Shown here in pieces: positions 25,576-39,100 of a DNA stretch of 64,000 nt (position 1 is its first letter; the number at the start of each line of letters is the position of its first letter). Source of the stretch: Pocillopora damicornis. Taxonomy: Eukaryota. The stretch covers positions 310,001-374,000 of the forward strand of contig NW_020846810.1 in the NCBI RefSeq assembly GCF_003704095.1, given 5' to 3'. The notes under the pieces were generated by a model. That model worked only from the letters and a program-made list of their open reading frames with translations. It was not told the DNA's origin and did no database searches. Position numbers and translations under genes: made by a program.

Positions 25576-25948
25576 ATTCAAGGATGGAATAATGCCAGAA
25601 TGTTAACCACTCAAGAAAGACCTTACAAACTGTTCCATAAAAACGCTCTTCTGGTCAATAAAATAGAGCTTCCTCGTCAATGGTTAACTATAAGCTAGCC
25701 CGGTGTGGTTTTTAATTGTTGTTAGAATCGCAGCCGGAATTTCTAGAAACTTTTAGTGGCCGAAGATTCTCAATGAAATATTCTATGTCAAATATAAGTA
25801 ATTGACGTACTATCGACGAGTATAAGTCAACACATTATACGGATATGGAAAGAGGTTCGACTAGCCTCTAAATTCTATTATTAAATAAAGAAATAATACA
25901 TTATCGTATACTCTTTGCGTATCGTTCCTTCTCGGAAAAAGGTAAATT

Positions 25949-26189
25949 TTAACGCCTTCACTCCCAAGAGTGGACCTTTGGTAGTCAATATTTGCAATAT
26001 CAACTTGGTATTGCAAATATTGTACAGTGTCGAGTGAAAAGGTGACACGATGATTATGAGAGGGAAGAAAAATATAAATAAGGAGTGGTCTGATTACTGA
26101 ATACCAAATTCTTTGAGTTATAGTTAACTATTATATGACAGACATTAAGGAGAATTGATATTGAGATCTTGGTAGTGAAACAGAGTTGA
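25949..26189. mobile_element. degenerate TTAA-family MITE
   Basis: ttaacgccttcactcccaaga ... gagatcttggtagtgaaacagagttga, imperfect inverted ends related to 17658-17863. Confidence 0.45.
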
Positions 26190-27177
26190 TCCGCAGGTAC
26201 ATCTTTTTGGAAGTAACGTTGTTGTATTTGACACGGCCCCGAATCATTTGAATAGTTCCCCAGGCGTAGTGCAATCAGTAATGTGATAATATCAATAAAA
26301 ATGAATATTTATTTTTAAAGCAAACATCGATCATCGAGAAGAAATCCCCATTTTTTTTTTCCCGAAGTAAGGGGTAAAAACTATACTGATAGGCTACGCC
26401 GGATTTTAATTCCCTATCAGGTGCAAGTCCGAGGAAGCATGCTCCAGTTTTAGGTAGCTATTAGGCGCGCGCTTCAAGCAAGCTCAACGCTCTGCGCGCG
26501 CAAAACTTATCCTAGTGATGAAGGAAGACAACTGAACAGCGTCTATTAGTTGTTTTTATGTCTGATTCAAGGGTCAGATATAATTGTTTACCGCGAACAC
26601 TTTAGAAAGCCCCCGGGAATTATTAACGTCCGAGACTCTTGGGCTTACAGAGGAAGGAGTGGGCTTATTATAAAACTCACCAGCGACCACTAATTCGTGA
26701 TTTTCCTTTGAATTTACGCCCAGATCTCAACCCACTCGAATAAATTATAATGCAAATGCCGTTAGACAGTTTTCCTTTGCGTGGAGCGGGAAGCGCAAGT
26801 GGTTAGCCACCATACCCTGTGTGCGCATAAGACACATTAGACTCCTCATCGGTGGGTTAGTGGTCCATTTTTGAAAAATTATTTCCTAATGGTGGTTGAT
26901 AAAGTATCAATTGATACTCTCTTGATAATACCGAATATTGCGTGGCATCGCCGTTTAGGTTGGCTTTCTTAGGGTTGGGGTAAAGGTGCTCTCAGCTTCA
27001 CCTCTGGTAAAACGAGATACAATGCAACTGCTTGTACACAAATTGTAGTCGTTCATCAATAACCAACAGCTTTTTAATAGACCCTGCCTTATGTTGAGCA
27101 GCTGTGAAACGACGCTGCAAATGCTACAATTGTTTTAACTATCCACTGGAAACTGTCATTCAAAGGACAGCTAAGCG

Positions 27178-30100
27178 TCACCTCCACTGTGAGAACGACG
27201 CACCGCCGGGACTCCTGTCAGGAAACAAACTACAATTGTCACAGATATAGGAGCATCCCGTGAGTTTTGATCTATGAACTTACTTGGCAGTGTGAATAGT
27301 TAGGTAAAAAAGCTTAATATAAGGATGCCTTGAATAACTGCTATTTTAGATAATGGAACACCTGGAGATCCCTCACTAAGACCTATGTTCATTCATCTCT
27401 TGACAAGAAGAACACGGGAGGTTATCGGGAGTTCGAGTCATTAAGCGATAAGAACATAATATACAACAACAAATTCAGGTGTGACTTTCCGAAAAAAAGG
27501 GTGTAACTCTTCAAAGTTTCAAAACAAGCTTGGACATGACTTCAAATAGTTTAAGGGAAAACTTTAAAACTTGCAAACACACACACCGGAAAAAAAGAAA
27601 AACAACAAGAAACTTTTTTTTTCACAATTTTCGATAAAACAAAGCGAATTTGTTCTACTTACTGTGAGCCGCCACCGAACGAGCCAAAAGCAGGAGATGT
27701 TTGTTGCGGCTGTTGCATTCCACCAAACCCTTGAGTGGCAGGCATACCAGCCACAGCTCCAAATGAAGGAACGTTAGACTGCCCGGCCAAAGCCCCAAAG
27801 GTGGGGCTGCCTTGAGATCTATAGGGTGTAAAACAACGTCTAACATGAGAAATTAAAAACGTGGCCATGCATCCTTCAGGGTTCGTACCCTTTTTCAGAA
27901 ACAAATTTCAAGAACTTTTTCAGGACTCTTCTAGGACTCTGATTTTCCCAAGACTCCAAATTTCACTTCGTTCCTTTCATTCCCATTTCATATTTTCAAC
28001 ATTTCAAAATAAATTCTCCTTACGGTCTACATACATTTCTTACAACGTAGGTTCTGAAAACTTTCTTGCTTGAGTTAAGCAGATTTCCAGGACCTTTCCA
28101 GGACCTGTGGTCTTTTTCCAGGACTTTCCAGTCATGGAAAAAGGCCAAAATAATATTCCAGGATTTTCCAGGTTTTCTAGGACCTGTGCGAGCTCAGGTC
28201 CTTTTGAGTAATTTAACGGAGTTTTCATTTGTCACTGCCAAAAAAAGAACCTTTGGTGTCGAAGGAAAACGCTGCTTCAGAGGGACAGAAATACTCATTT
28301 CTCAAGACTAGACTAGAACTTCAACGACACAATGAGGGGTTTTACGGGATCACCATGATGACACACTTGAACAGTGTCCTCTAATCAAATTATAGGACTA
28401 CATTGGGAAAGGAGTGAAATCAATTTTCATTTTCGACCAACCATTACTGACCATAACGGCAACGTTACATTGAGGAAAAGTCAGTAATAACTTACTGTCC
28501 AAATCCACCAGAATTGACACTTCCAAAGATCCTTGTGAATATACAAAGTAAAAAGAGAAGAGTGACTCCTTTTCAAATCGCAGCTATTACAAGTTACCTT
28601 CCGAAAATAAGGACAATTTATTCCTTTCATTCAGTCTACCTTGTGCAAGTCAATTTTCTTAGCGTTTTTCTATTTCAGTTCGTTATCGGTGAAGGGGCGG
28701 GAGAGGAGTGGGTCAAAACAAACAGTGGCAACACTTCGTTGATTTCTGTTCTCGTTTTTTACTACTGAGCATCCGATGCTGATTTCGCTGTATATTAAAA
28801 CAAGTCTACAGTTCAAACAGAATCCAATCAGCTGAATGCAACAACGGAACTAATAAAGCACAACGCCTGACCTACCAAAACCTAAAGAAATAATAAAAAC
28901 AAAATATGAACACGCCACCGACATCGCCTATTTGAAAGGTGGTCGAAATCCTGATCATTAACTTGCAATAGTGTTCGAAAGCTCTCTCTCTCGTATAGTA
29001 TTTCTGGCTTAAACAACCAGTAAAAACTAATTCAATTCAAACAACATATAAACATTCAATACACAAACAAGTCTTACCCTCCCGTAGGACTAGCCCCCAG
29101 ACCTCCTTGAGGGGATCCACCAAACGCTGAAGTACCTCCTAACGCAGGAGTACCACCAAACGCAGGAGCACCTCCTAACGCAGGAGCACCTCCTAACGCA
29201 GGAGCACCACCAAACGCAGGAGCACCACCAAACACAGACCCACTAGAAGCAGGTGAGCCAAAGGGTTGGGGTGTACCGAACCCTGAGGAAGCTGAAATTA
29301 AGAAGTTTGAGAAGGCATTATGAAAACCTTCAAATCAACTTACATTTCCCTTAACAAAAGCTGCAATTGACATTTTCTTTCCATGCATGAAAACTCATCA
29401 TACAGTGAATACAGATAACTGTTATATAGCATTTTCATTTCTTGTGTTTGCTGCTATTGTTTTCTCTTGAAAGTTCGTCACCGTCTCATCAAGGAGCGAA
29501 AGAGAGAATAAATGGGTGGCTTTCTAATTCGTGATTGAGGGTAGACAAACGCGCTTACTGGCTGTAAAATGAACGACAAATTTAAAACTCTTTAAACCGT
29601 TAATTCTAAGACCTATTTTTATTTGCTGTTCAATACAGCACGAGCGTTTTCTCTTTCCCACAAGAATTCGTCCTGCTAGTCAAAAATACTAAATATCTCG
29701 GCGCTGCGTGAACTTTGGGAAGGTATGCGCGGCGACGGTTCGTAAGAAGCGTTTTAGTAAAGAGAGCTTTTACCTGATGGTGATGCAGCACCAAAGCCAA
29801 AACCACCGGCACCTACTCCAGTACCTGGAGCACTGAAGGAGCCTCCTGAAAAACCACCAGTGGACTGGGAACCAAACACAGATGAAGAAAATGGACCACC
29901 GCCGAACGTTGGCTTTGATGTATCACTCGCCTGACGTTAAAAATGAATAAATAATCATATAAAAATTAACACCCTTCCACCTCCATGAAAGAAAGAGAGA
30001 GAGAGAGAGAATAGAAAAAACGGTGTGCATGCGGAAGCCTACATTTCCGTAACGATTTTAATGAAACCTGTTCGATATCCACAGACAAACGACAAAGATT

Positions 30101-33100
30101 GATTAGGAACTAAATATGGCCGAGGATGCAGCATGATGGAATGTAAAAGACACTTCACAAGGTCGCATTGTAAGAAAAATATTTTTTAACATTACCAACC
30201 TTAAAAATATCAGCTCCTGACTTCCCACCAAACAATGAAGACTCTACAGTTAAAAACGAGAAAAACTTCTCAGACATAAGTAGCCATACTTCTATTGCTA
30301 TGGAACTACAATCGACACCATGCGCAGTGAGCGTTAAACAATTTTCTAAACATCTCTGCCAACCTTGTCCCCATTAAAATGATTCAACAAGGAATCAGCC
30401 ATTACGTTACCAATTCCACGCTCTGAAACAAAGTAAGCATTACTCAACAGTCAGGAATGTCAGCCACAAAAATAAAAAGTCATAGTTTACGTGTAGACGT
30501 GGGAGCCTGTAATCCTTGCGTGACGCCAAAAGGGTTCGTCTTGCTAGTCTGTGGGCTTGCTTGTCCACCTAAACCAAAGCCACCAAATCCAAATCCTAGA
30601 GCTTAAGGAGAAAAAAGGCAGTCTATAGTAAGTTACTAGTATCCAAGGTACCATGACAGACAGCTTCTTATAATTACCATAAATTAATTCTCAGAAGGTT
30701 ATAGTATCAGACAGCGAAACAAATTAGCTCTAACGGAGTTCGTTTTCAATGTTTACAGGAGAGGATTTGCTTGAAAATGTGAATGAACATATGGTAGACA
30801 CTTTTTGCCTAAAGGTTCCGACAGGAAGGCTGCAAGTTATCACAATGGGACTGCACTCCAAAAGTTTTCTTCTTATAAATATAATATGAAAATAGAATTC
30901 AAACGTGGCAAGTCTCTTTGGAATTCTGAGAGTTGGTCAATGTGAAGGGAAGAAAAGTGGAGAAACCTGCTCTTTTCGTAAAGCCTTCTCATAAACAACC
31001 CAGAGACAAGTCATGTGGCTATGGAAAATTACCACCCAACAGTTTACATAAAGGTTTTTACTTACTATTTTCATTTGGCTTGGAGGCAGTGCCAAACCCA
31101 CTACTTGTGGTAGAAGCAAAAGGTGACTGCCCAGTGGAAGATACCCCAAATCCTGTCCCTGACCCTGTGCCGGTCGCTGAGCTTTGCGATCCAAATACTG
31201 ATGTGGAACCAAATGTGGAACCTTGGCTGCTGACAGGGACGCCGAAAGCTGGAGGAGTGCTTCCGAAGGTGAGGCCTCTTGAAGCTCCAAACACTGGAGT
31301 GGGAGAGAAGGGAGTTGATGTGAATCCTCCGAAGACGTTTCCAGAGGCAGTGGTAGTTGAAGTAGCGCCTTGAGAGCCAGAAATGTTACTGCCTGTCGAT
31401 AGAACTGCACCGAACGCACTTGTGGTGCTTGTGATTTTTCCAAACAGACCACTTGTAGTAGCAATTGAGGTTGAAGAACCTGGAGATGAACTTGCAACCA
31501 CGTCTGTTGATTTAGGTGTTGTAAAAGTGGTTAATGAAGAACCTACTAATGTTGAAGAGGTGCTTTTGGAAGCAGAAGTGATACTGGGGAAGAAAGGACT
31601 CGTACTACTTGTCACAGAAAAAGCAGATGATGCAGAACCAGCTGTGAAACTGAATGCACTACTCCCTGCTGAGGTGACAGAAGGCGCAGCTGTTATGGCA
31701 CTTTTAGCGCCACCAAGAGAAAAGCCAAATTCACCTCCGGATGCGGGCGTAGCAGACGTGGCAGCCGTAGCGGTCATAGTTGAAGCTCCAAAAGCACTTC
31801 CTGTGAGTAGTGATGTGCTCCCTATACTTGTGAAAGACGGCGAACTCGACTTCATACTTCCTGAAAGGGCCTGAGCAAATGGACTTGCAAATGCACTGGT
31901 GGATGTTGTAGTTATGGCTGCAGCACTGGTATCTTTGTTCTCAGATGGAGTCCCTTTAAAAGGCAGAGGGACCTCCTCGGGAAGTGAGCTGACCGTAGGT
32001 GCTGCATCACCAGATGCTGAAATACCTCCTATGGCAGACGTTCGCAACAAGTTGCTCATGATGCTTGTGGAACCACTGCCTGTACCAGCAGAACCAAATA
32101 GACCACTTACACTGCCAGATGAAGAAAACCCTCCACCAAATGAGGTTGTAGCGGAATTCGAGGACCCTGCTGCTGTGCCCGTAGTTACGAATTCTCTGGA
32201 AGTGAAGACAGATGAAGCTGTGGTGGTCTGTCGAAAACAGGAAAAAAACACTAGTTTCCTTTTCATAGTTTTTTTTGTACTAACTAGCAGTAAATTCCAG
32301 ATGCTAATTTGGAACTTCACACTAATTGAGGTGAAAATTGGCAAATTCTAAACCCTCCTTTAGAATAAAAGGTCAACTTAACGTGTCGGGGGAACGGACT
32401 TCAAATTTACCCAGTCCATTCCATGAAGTCGTCTACGTTTCTTCATCGTTTAGTCTTTAACTAACCACTCGACACTGTGGAAATGTATTTGTGTGAGTCG
32501 CTATCACGTTAGTACTTAAGAAGGCCTTGCAATTTTGTGTTTAGCGACCTGAAATAAAGTCGATGTCTTTAATATCTTCATCACAAGCCTCAAAGTCTAC
32601 GACGTTTCCATTTATTATTAGTCATCACAAAATACCCAGTTTAAAAGACTCACCTTCGCTTCATCCTTTCTAGTTTCTTGCTTCAATTCTTGTTCGCCTC
32701 TCGTTGGTATTGCTTGCTCACCTGCATTTCCTGCTGCAAATAAATTCCTACTCACTCTTGCGCTAGGAGTGATACCCACGGCTGGTGTCGAGGAAGTAGT
32801 TGCTGGTTTAGGTGACTCAACGCTTGCCGCAGCGGTAAGACTAGAAGCTTTGGCATCTGCTGTGTCTTTCGCTTTACTACTGAAACTAAATGCACTGAAT
32901 GCTGGAACGGCAGTCCCAGACGAAGTTCCCAAGTTGAATAAACTTCCAGCCGGTGGAGCAAAGCTGAACCCGCCTATAGCCTGAGTTCCTGACAAAGGCT
33001 GCCGCAGCCCACTAGTTCTGGACGTCGTGGACGATGTCGGCAATGGTGGTGCAAATGTAGGTTTAACTACACTATTTGGATTCACAGTGACATTGGGAGC

Positions 33101-36100
33101 AGCAGAAAACTTGGTACCACTCTCATTTATTTTTGGCGGAGAGGCAGGTGGCTTAAAAGTGACAACTGGAGGGCCAGGCTTGCTACTGTCAGGGGATTTG
33201 AAGACAAATTCTGTGCTATACTGAGGCTTTGTGGAAGACTTCTGGGCCTCTGCTGTAGCGGCCATCAATGCTGCGTCGGCAATTGCTTTCGCAGCAGTGT
33301 TGCCTGCATCATAGTCCTTAGTTGGTGCACTTCCTTGGGACTGTGGTTTGTAAGTCACCAGAGTTACTGGTTCGATGCTCGCTGAAGGATCAAGGTTGCT
33401 ACTTGACTGAACTGTTCCTTGGGTTGCACTGGCTCTACTCATTGCAGCCATAGCTGCAGCAACGTGCGGAGGTGTTTCTGTGCTTATAACCTTAACATTG
33501 GGCTTAAAGTCACCTTTCGGCTGAACCACTGGTGCAGGCGAGGACTATAAACGAAACGACAGAAAGAAAGCGAAGATGATGTGTCGGAAGAGATTGGGAA
33601 CAATAACGAGGAGGACATAACGGTGAGGAAAAAGAAAAAAAAAGGTAGTGAAAACAAAAAAAAAGAATACTTTACCTCTTCCTTCACTGGAGGAAGTTTT
33701 AAACCAGTTGCTGGTTTGACTGATTCAGCTTGAGGTGCCTGTGATTCTGACGTCTTAATGCCTTCATCACTGGACTTATCAACTGCAGAAAATGCTCCAC
33801 CTGCAACAACCTTCGGACTGTCCCTGACTTGTTGCAAATTGTTGATATCAGCTGATCCTCTCGCTGTTTGAGTCGCTGGCTCCTTTAATTCAGCCGTTCC
33901 TTGTGAATTCCCCAAACTGAAACCGCTCTTTGAAGTGTCTTTAACTGTAGATTGTACAGGTTGCGAATCAGGCGCACGTGAACGGGTTTCTTGGACTTCG
34001 CTACACGGATTAAGCTCTTGTTCCTCACTGGTGTCGTCATCCTGGGACTCTTCCTCGGAAAGGCTTTCTTCACTTTGCCTTTCAGCCTCATCAAGGGGCT
34101 CAAAGCTACCTTTGGATCGTTCTGCCATTTCTCCTCGCTCTAGAGCAGGAGTCGAAGAAAAGAATGACTCTTCAGGCTTAGCCGGCTTCACTAAGGGTGT
34201 CTTGTTAACCGTAGGAGGAACTGGAAAAAAAATTAAGAGTTCGTAAAGAGTATTTTGAAAAGGTTAAGAACCCTGGCACTGCTAAAGTGGAACCGTATGC
34301 AGAATCATAATTAGTCATAATTACTTAAAATATTTTTATTTCAGACAATGTCACTTAAAACTAATGTACTGTTGAGTTTTCCTGTAGATTACAAAATTCA
34401 AATCAAAGGAGAAAAGAACAGGGAATATTAACTCCACGTTCCTTTGCAGGAACAAAGTCTGACTGCACACTTGTACTTTCATGTGATTTTTTTTTTAGCA
34501 ACGTAACCATCTTTTTAGCCTCGTCCACAAAGGAACATCAAATCGCAACATCCGCTACCATCAGATATTGTTCACAAATAAAGCCAATGGATGCTCCGAG
34601 CAGCTAAGGAAAAAGGGAGTCTGGTATGGCGAAACAAAATGGTAAATACAACGGGCCAAACTGGACTAGCCCCGTTGGCGTTAGAACCATTGAAGCTGAC
34701 GAAAGCTTGCAGTGTGTAATAACAATAATGATAACAATAACAAGACTTACCAGGCATGCTTTTTCTCACTGGGGTAGTTCTCCGTTTCTGAAACATGTTT
34801 CTAAGCTTGGCTCGTTTTTCAGGGGATATTGGAGCTGTAAAATAACCATAGGAAATATCCAAAATAATATTTTCACTAAAATAGAGAGTAATGTTCAAAT
34901 GAGTGACAAAGTGATCCTGGATTGCATTGGTTTTGCTTTAACTTGCTCTATGATTGATCCCAAAAACTTGCACCAATTCTCGACCAATCAGATTCAACTA
35001 ACACCAAACACGATTTGGTCACCCGCGTTTTCCCGCACTTCAGGCACTTTGCCTGTTTCTTATTATCTCCATGTGATATTTTCCTTTGCTCTGATTGGCT
35101 GTGCCTGCTCTGGTTTCAGTTCCCCGACACGCAATCGAAATGTACCCCATAATCGCTCACTCAGTATGAATCACTATGGGAGGGCGAGTTGAGTTGATAA
35201 AATAGGGCTACATTGGTAGTTGTCCCCTAGAAAACGGCATTTTGATCCTTCTTCAATTTTGAAAATGTTTGATATAAATACACCTTGATTGAGTACGAGG
35301 AAAAATGGAAGCCAAACTCTTTACAAAAAGAACAAAAGTGTAGTAAACAATTGGTACAGTGCATGATTAATGGGTAACCAGAGTTTAAAATGGCTGAGGT
35401 GTTCCACTACCAAAACCATTGTATATGAATAGGTTTAAATGTACCTGAGACGGGTTTTGTAGGTGATTTTAATCCCAGTTTCGAAACAGAAAAGGGGTCA
35501 CTTAAAGGGGAAACGTCATCTCTGAAATGGAAAATAAAATTCAAATTTAAACAATAGAGCATAATAAATAAAATAATAACAGTAGAAAACGAGGGAAGGG
35601 GAATAATTAATTGTAATTTTCAGTGGATATCAATTTCAGCTAAAAGAGAAAGGCAGTGATGAAGTTGAATTGTAAAACATTTTACCAAACTGTACAAACT
35701 CTCACGTGCTCACAGGTCAAGACCTGTGTAAGCAAGCTGAAACTGGGCGTTGTACTTTGTAATCACGGATTTCAATTATGAAACGATTTGCTTTTTGTTT
35801 CGAATGCCAAATTCAAACTCGCGTAGACTCGTCTACGACACACAACTATTTGAGGAGTGGATTGTGAATACTGACATTGATGTACAATTGTAGTCGATTT
35901 GTAAAATACAATTAATCTAATACCTTAAAGGTGTTGTAGACATCGGATTTCTTTGCCAAGAGGTTGACACCAGGTTGCGATTTTTCATTCCTTGTACAAT
36001 TTTGTCCAACTTGACCCCCTGACAAATCGAATCAAACAGTGAAATAAGGTTTTATGTTCAGATACGAACCGTCGAGATACCACATGAATGAGAATGAATA

Positions 36101-39100
36101 TCTTTGAGACTCACCTGATCTTGTGCTATCTTTTGGTGCATCCTCAGTGTCTGGTAAACGTCGGCTAGCGCAGGACGTTGGATAGACCTTCAATTGAAGC
36201 GAAACAATAGCTCATTTTGGAAAAGAGTGATAGCCTGAGAACAAATGTCGCCGCGCAANNNNNNNNNNNNNNNNNNNNNNNNNNNNNNNNNNNNNNNNNN
36301 NNNNNNNNNNNNNNNNNNNNNNNNNNNNNNNNNNNNNNNNNNNNNNNNNNNNNNNGCCGCCTTCTGCTGCAAAGGGGAGCTGTCTTGTTAAGAAGTTCCG
36401 ATAAAAGGACTAAATAGGGAGACTAGGCAAAAATTAAAGATGAGCCTAAGATACTTCAACTAAGCCGTAATGCACTGCTGTCTTCCTCGTGCTTACCTTT
36501 TCTGTTCATTCTCTTTGTTCCACTGTTCGTCAAGAACCATGATAACGTCTCTAAGAAAACAGTAGGTTAAATAAAATACATGTATTTGTACTAACTCAAT
36601 ACTTGATCAGTACATACGTGAACGGAGTGGATGGAGAAATCCAAAATGAAGGTGGCTAAAATGATTAAAACTTTGGTGAAGACCGGGTGAATGACATTAT
36701 TACCTCAATACGACAATTTTCAAATGATTGTCGAGAGAAATTCCGAGATTGCATCGGTCCTTCTTTACTTGGCTCTGTGGTTTGTTTAGCAAACTCGCGC
36801 CACCCCTCTCGACCAATCAGATACAAAAGTAAAAGCAATCACCATTTGCTCTCTCGCGTTTTCCCGCGCTTTGGGTCCTCATGACTCACTGAGATAATTT
36901 CCTTACCCATCTCTGATTTGGAGTTATGATTACTTTGGTTTTAGTTTTACGACACTTAATCGAGAAGCCATCTATAGTCAAACCTCTATCAGGCGGTCAC
37001 CCACGGGGGAACGGCGGGTGACCGCTTAATACAGGTTCCACAGAATTGGGTATTTAAAAAAACGATAAAAAGCTTCATGTTATGTCCTAATTTACCACTT
37101 AATGTACTAAAACTCGCTCAAAAATACTACTAACCTTGATTTCGGGAGATGAAAGTGGATTAAATTTTATGGGAAAGATTACTCTTAGTTTTAATTGAGT
37201 GGTTCCGCTTCAAAGGACCATTCGATACAGTAGCAAAAGAACACAAAAAGGCCGTTGAACCAGGTTGACCTTTTAACACAGTCCCGCTTAATACAGGTTT
37301 GACTGTCCTCAATACGTGTGTAACTACGCTTTGGCCGTGGCATAGTCACAGTACATTCACTAATAAAGAATACACTTAAGTGTTGATTAAAAAAAAACAT
37401 GAATTAACTCGCACCTGAGTGTTTTATCAAGATAGAGATGAAGCTTTCTGATTTCTTTCATCTTCTTTGTATTCAAAGGATCCAGAGCTCTTGACTATCG
37501 AACAAAAATAACATTCCCTTAATGGCGCACAAATATTCTTTCACACGGTGTATTTGTCAACGGACATCCCTTGTTCCGACAACGTCAGATAAGCTTCGAG
37601 GAACAGATAATTATATGACGTATGTCCAAGGACAAACACATAAAGATGTTTTCAAGCAAAATCAAGGCCACTGTGTTTATCATCTATACGAGACTACAAA
37701 TGTTTGAATGACATGCCGCCAAAAAAGTTCATAAGGAAGGTGCTTGAAATCTCAGTATTCCATCTCTCGGTCGGGTTAACTGACGAGCATATCTATTCTT
37801 CCTCCTCGAACGACGGTAAAAGAGAGTATTGCTTGTTAGAGGGAGCTTTTTTAAGTCAAAAGCTGCGTTCAGAACAAGTGCATGAAAGCGAATATACATA
37901 ATCAATCATGTAATATGTTTTCCGTTTGATTTTACTCATACAAGTACGATATAATCATCAGTTCTACTCATACCTTAAGCAATTGAATATACCTTGCATC
38001 GCTCTTCTTATCCTGTCTAATCCTAATGTATAAAAAATGTGCGTGTTGCAGTTATAATTGTGATGATACATTCTGTTATCAACTGCCTCCACAAAACGAA
38101 GCTAATGTTTACAACGATCATTACATCACTAGATCTTCTAGTCATCTAATTTCTTTAAGAAAAGAAACCACATCATACAATTAAAGAAAGTAGGAAATTA
38201 GAAAAAAAGCAAAAAATAATAAACAAACAGACACCCTCACCGAAAAACAGCAACAAAAAGGGAACGGGAACTTTTTAGCTTTGAAATCTAATGAACTCCA
38301 ACAAAAATTGCATCTGATACGCACGCACCTGATATCTTCAAGCATTTCAAATGCTTCAAATAGTTTTCTTTTCTCCTCGTCAATGTCATTTTGTTGATCC
38401 TGTAGTGTTAATAATGGTAGGACTGAGTCTGGTTTCGACGGCACGATTTTTGCTGTCTTTATCTGGCTAAAAAGTTTATTGGCTACGAGTAAACCTTGAG
38501 GCCTGATCCTCCACTGTGATTGGTTAGTTTTCGGCTAAAGCATAACGGGCGTATTTCGCGCAGCAAGCCTGGCTTCACGTTGACGCAAACATAGTTGAAG
38601 TCAAACACACTGCCTATTGCAGAAGCAATATGCAGTCGAAACATCGTTATCTACATAGATTATATCACAAGTGACAGCATCGTAACACGAATGTTAACAA
38701 TTCAAGCAATACTAGAGTTAACTACCATACTATCAACAACCTTTCCGAATATACAGGTTATTTTACTATGAGGATGATGACACAGATTTACTTGGGTACT
38801 GCAATTGAGAAGAAATTAAAAAAAACAACAACAACAAATTACAAAAAAAAAAAGAACTAACACAAAGAAGTGGTTTGACCTGTATCTACCTGTTTGTCTT
38901 CAGGTCTGCTCAACAGATTATAAAAAAAGGACAGAAAATTTAGCTGCTGATCACTCTACAGAATCATGGGGTTAACTAAAGTACAAACCTTTGTGGCCAA
39001 TTTGATGTCTTTGAGATTTCGACCAACTTCATCGGTTGCCCTCCTGAATGAAGCCAGCTCCTTATCATCGTCAGTAAGACGACACTTCCTTTGCATGCTC

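Noticed and set aside
27655-27662. Apparent NUP214 stop codon at 27659 in the ORF track
   Set aside because: The TAA is part of a GTAAGT donor; splicing to 27214-27178 gives the Nup214-like ending SFSQWR*.
30933-34246. Multiple 70-190 aa + strand ORFs and alternate-frame - strand ORFs
   Set aside because: Shadows of the S/T/G-rich NUP214 exons.
38890-38905. Extra 16-nt NUP214 exon candidate (cag|...cag|gtagat)
   Set aside because: It would shift the frame, and the flanking exons already join in phase 0.
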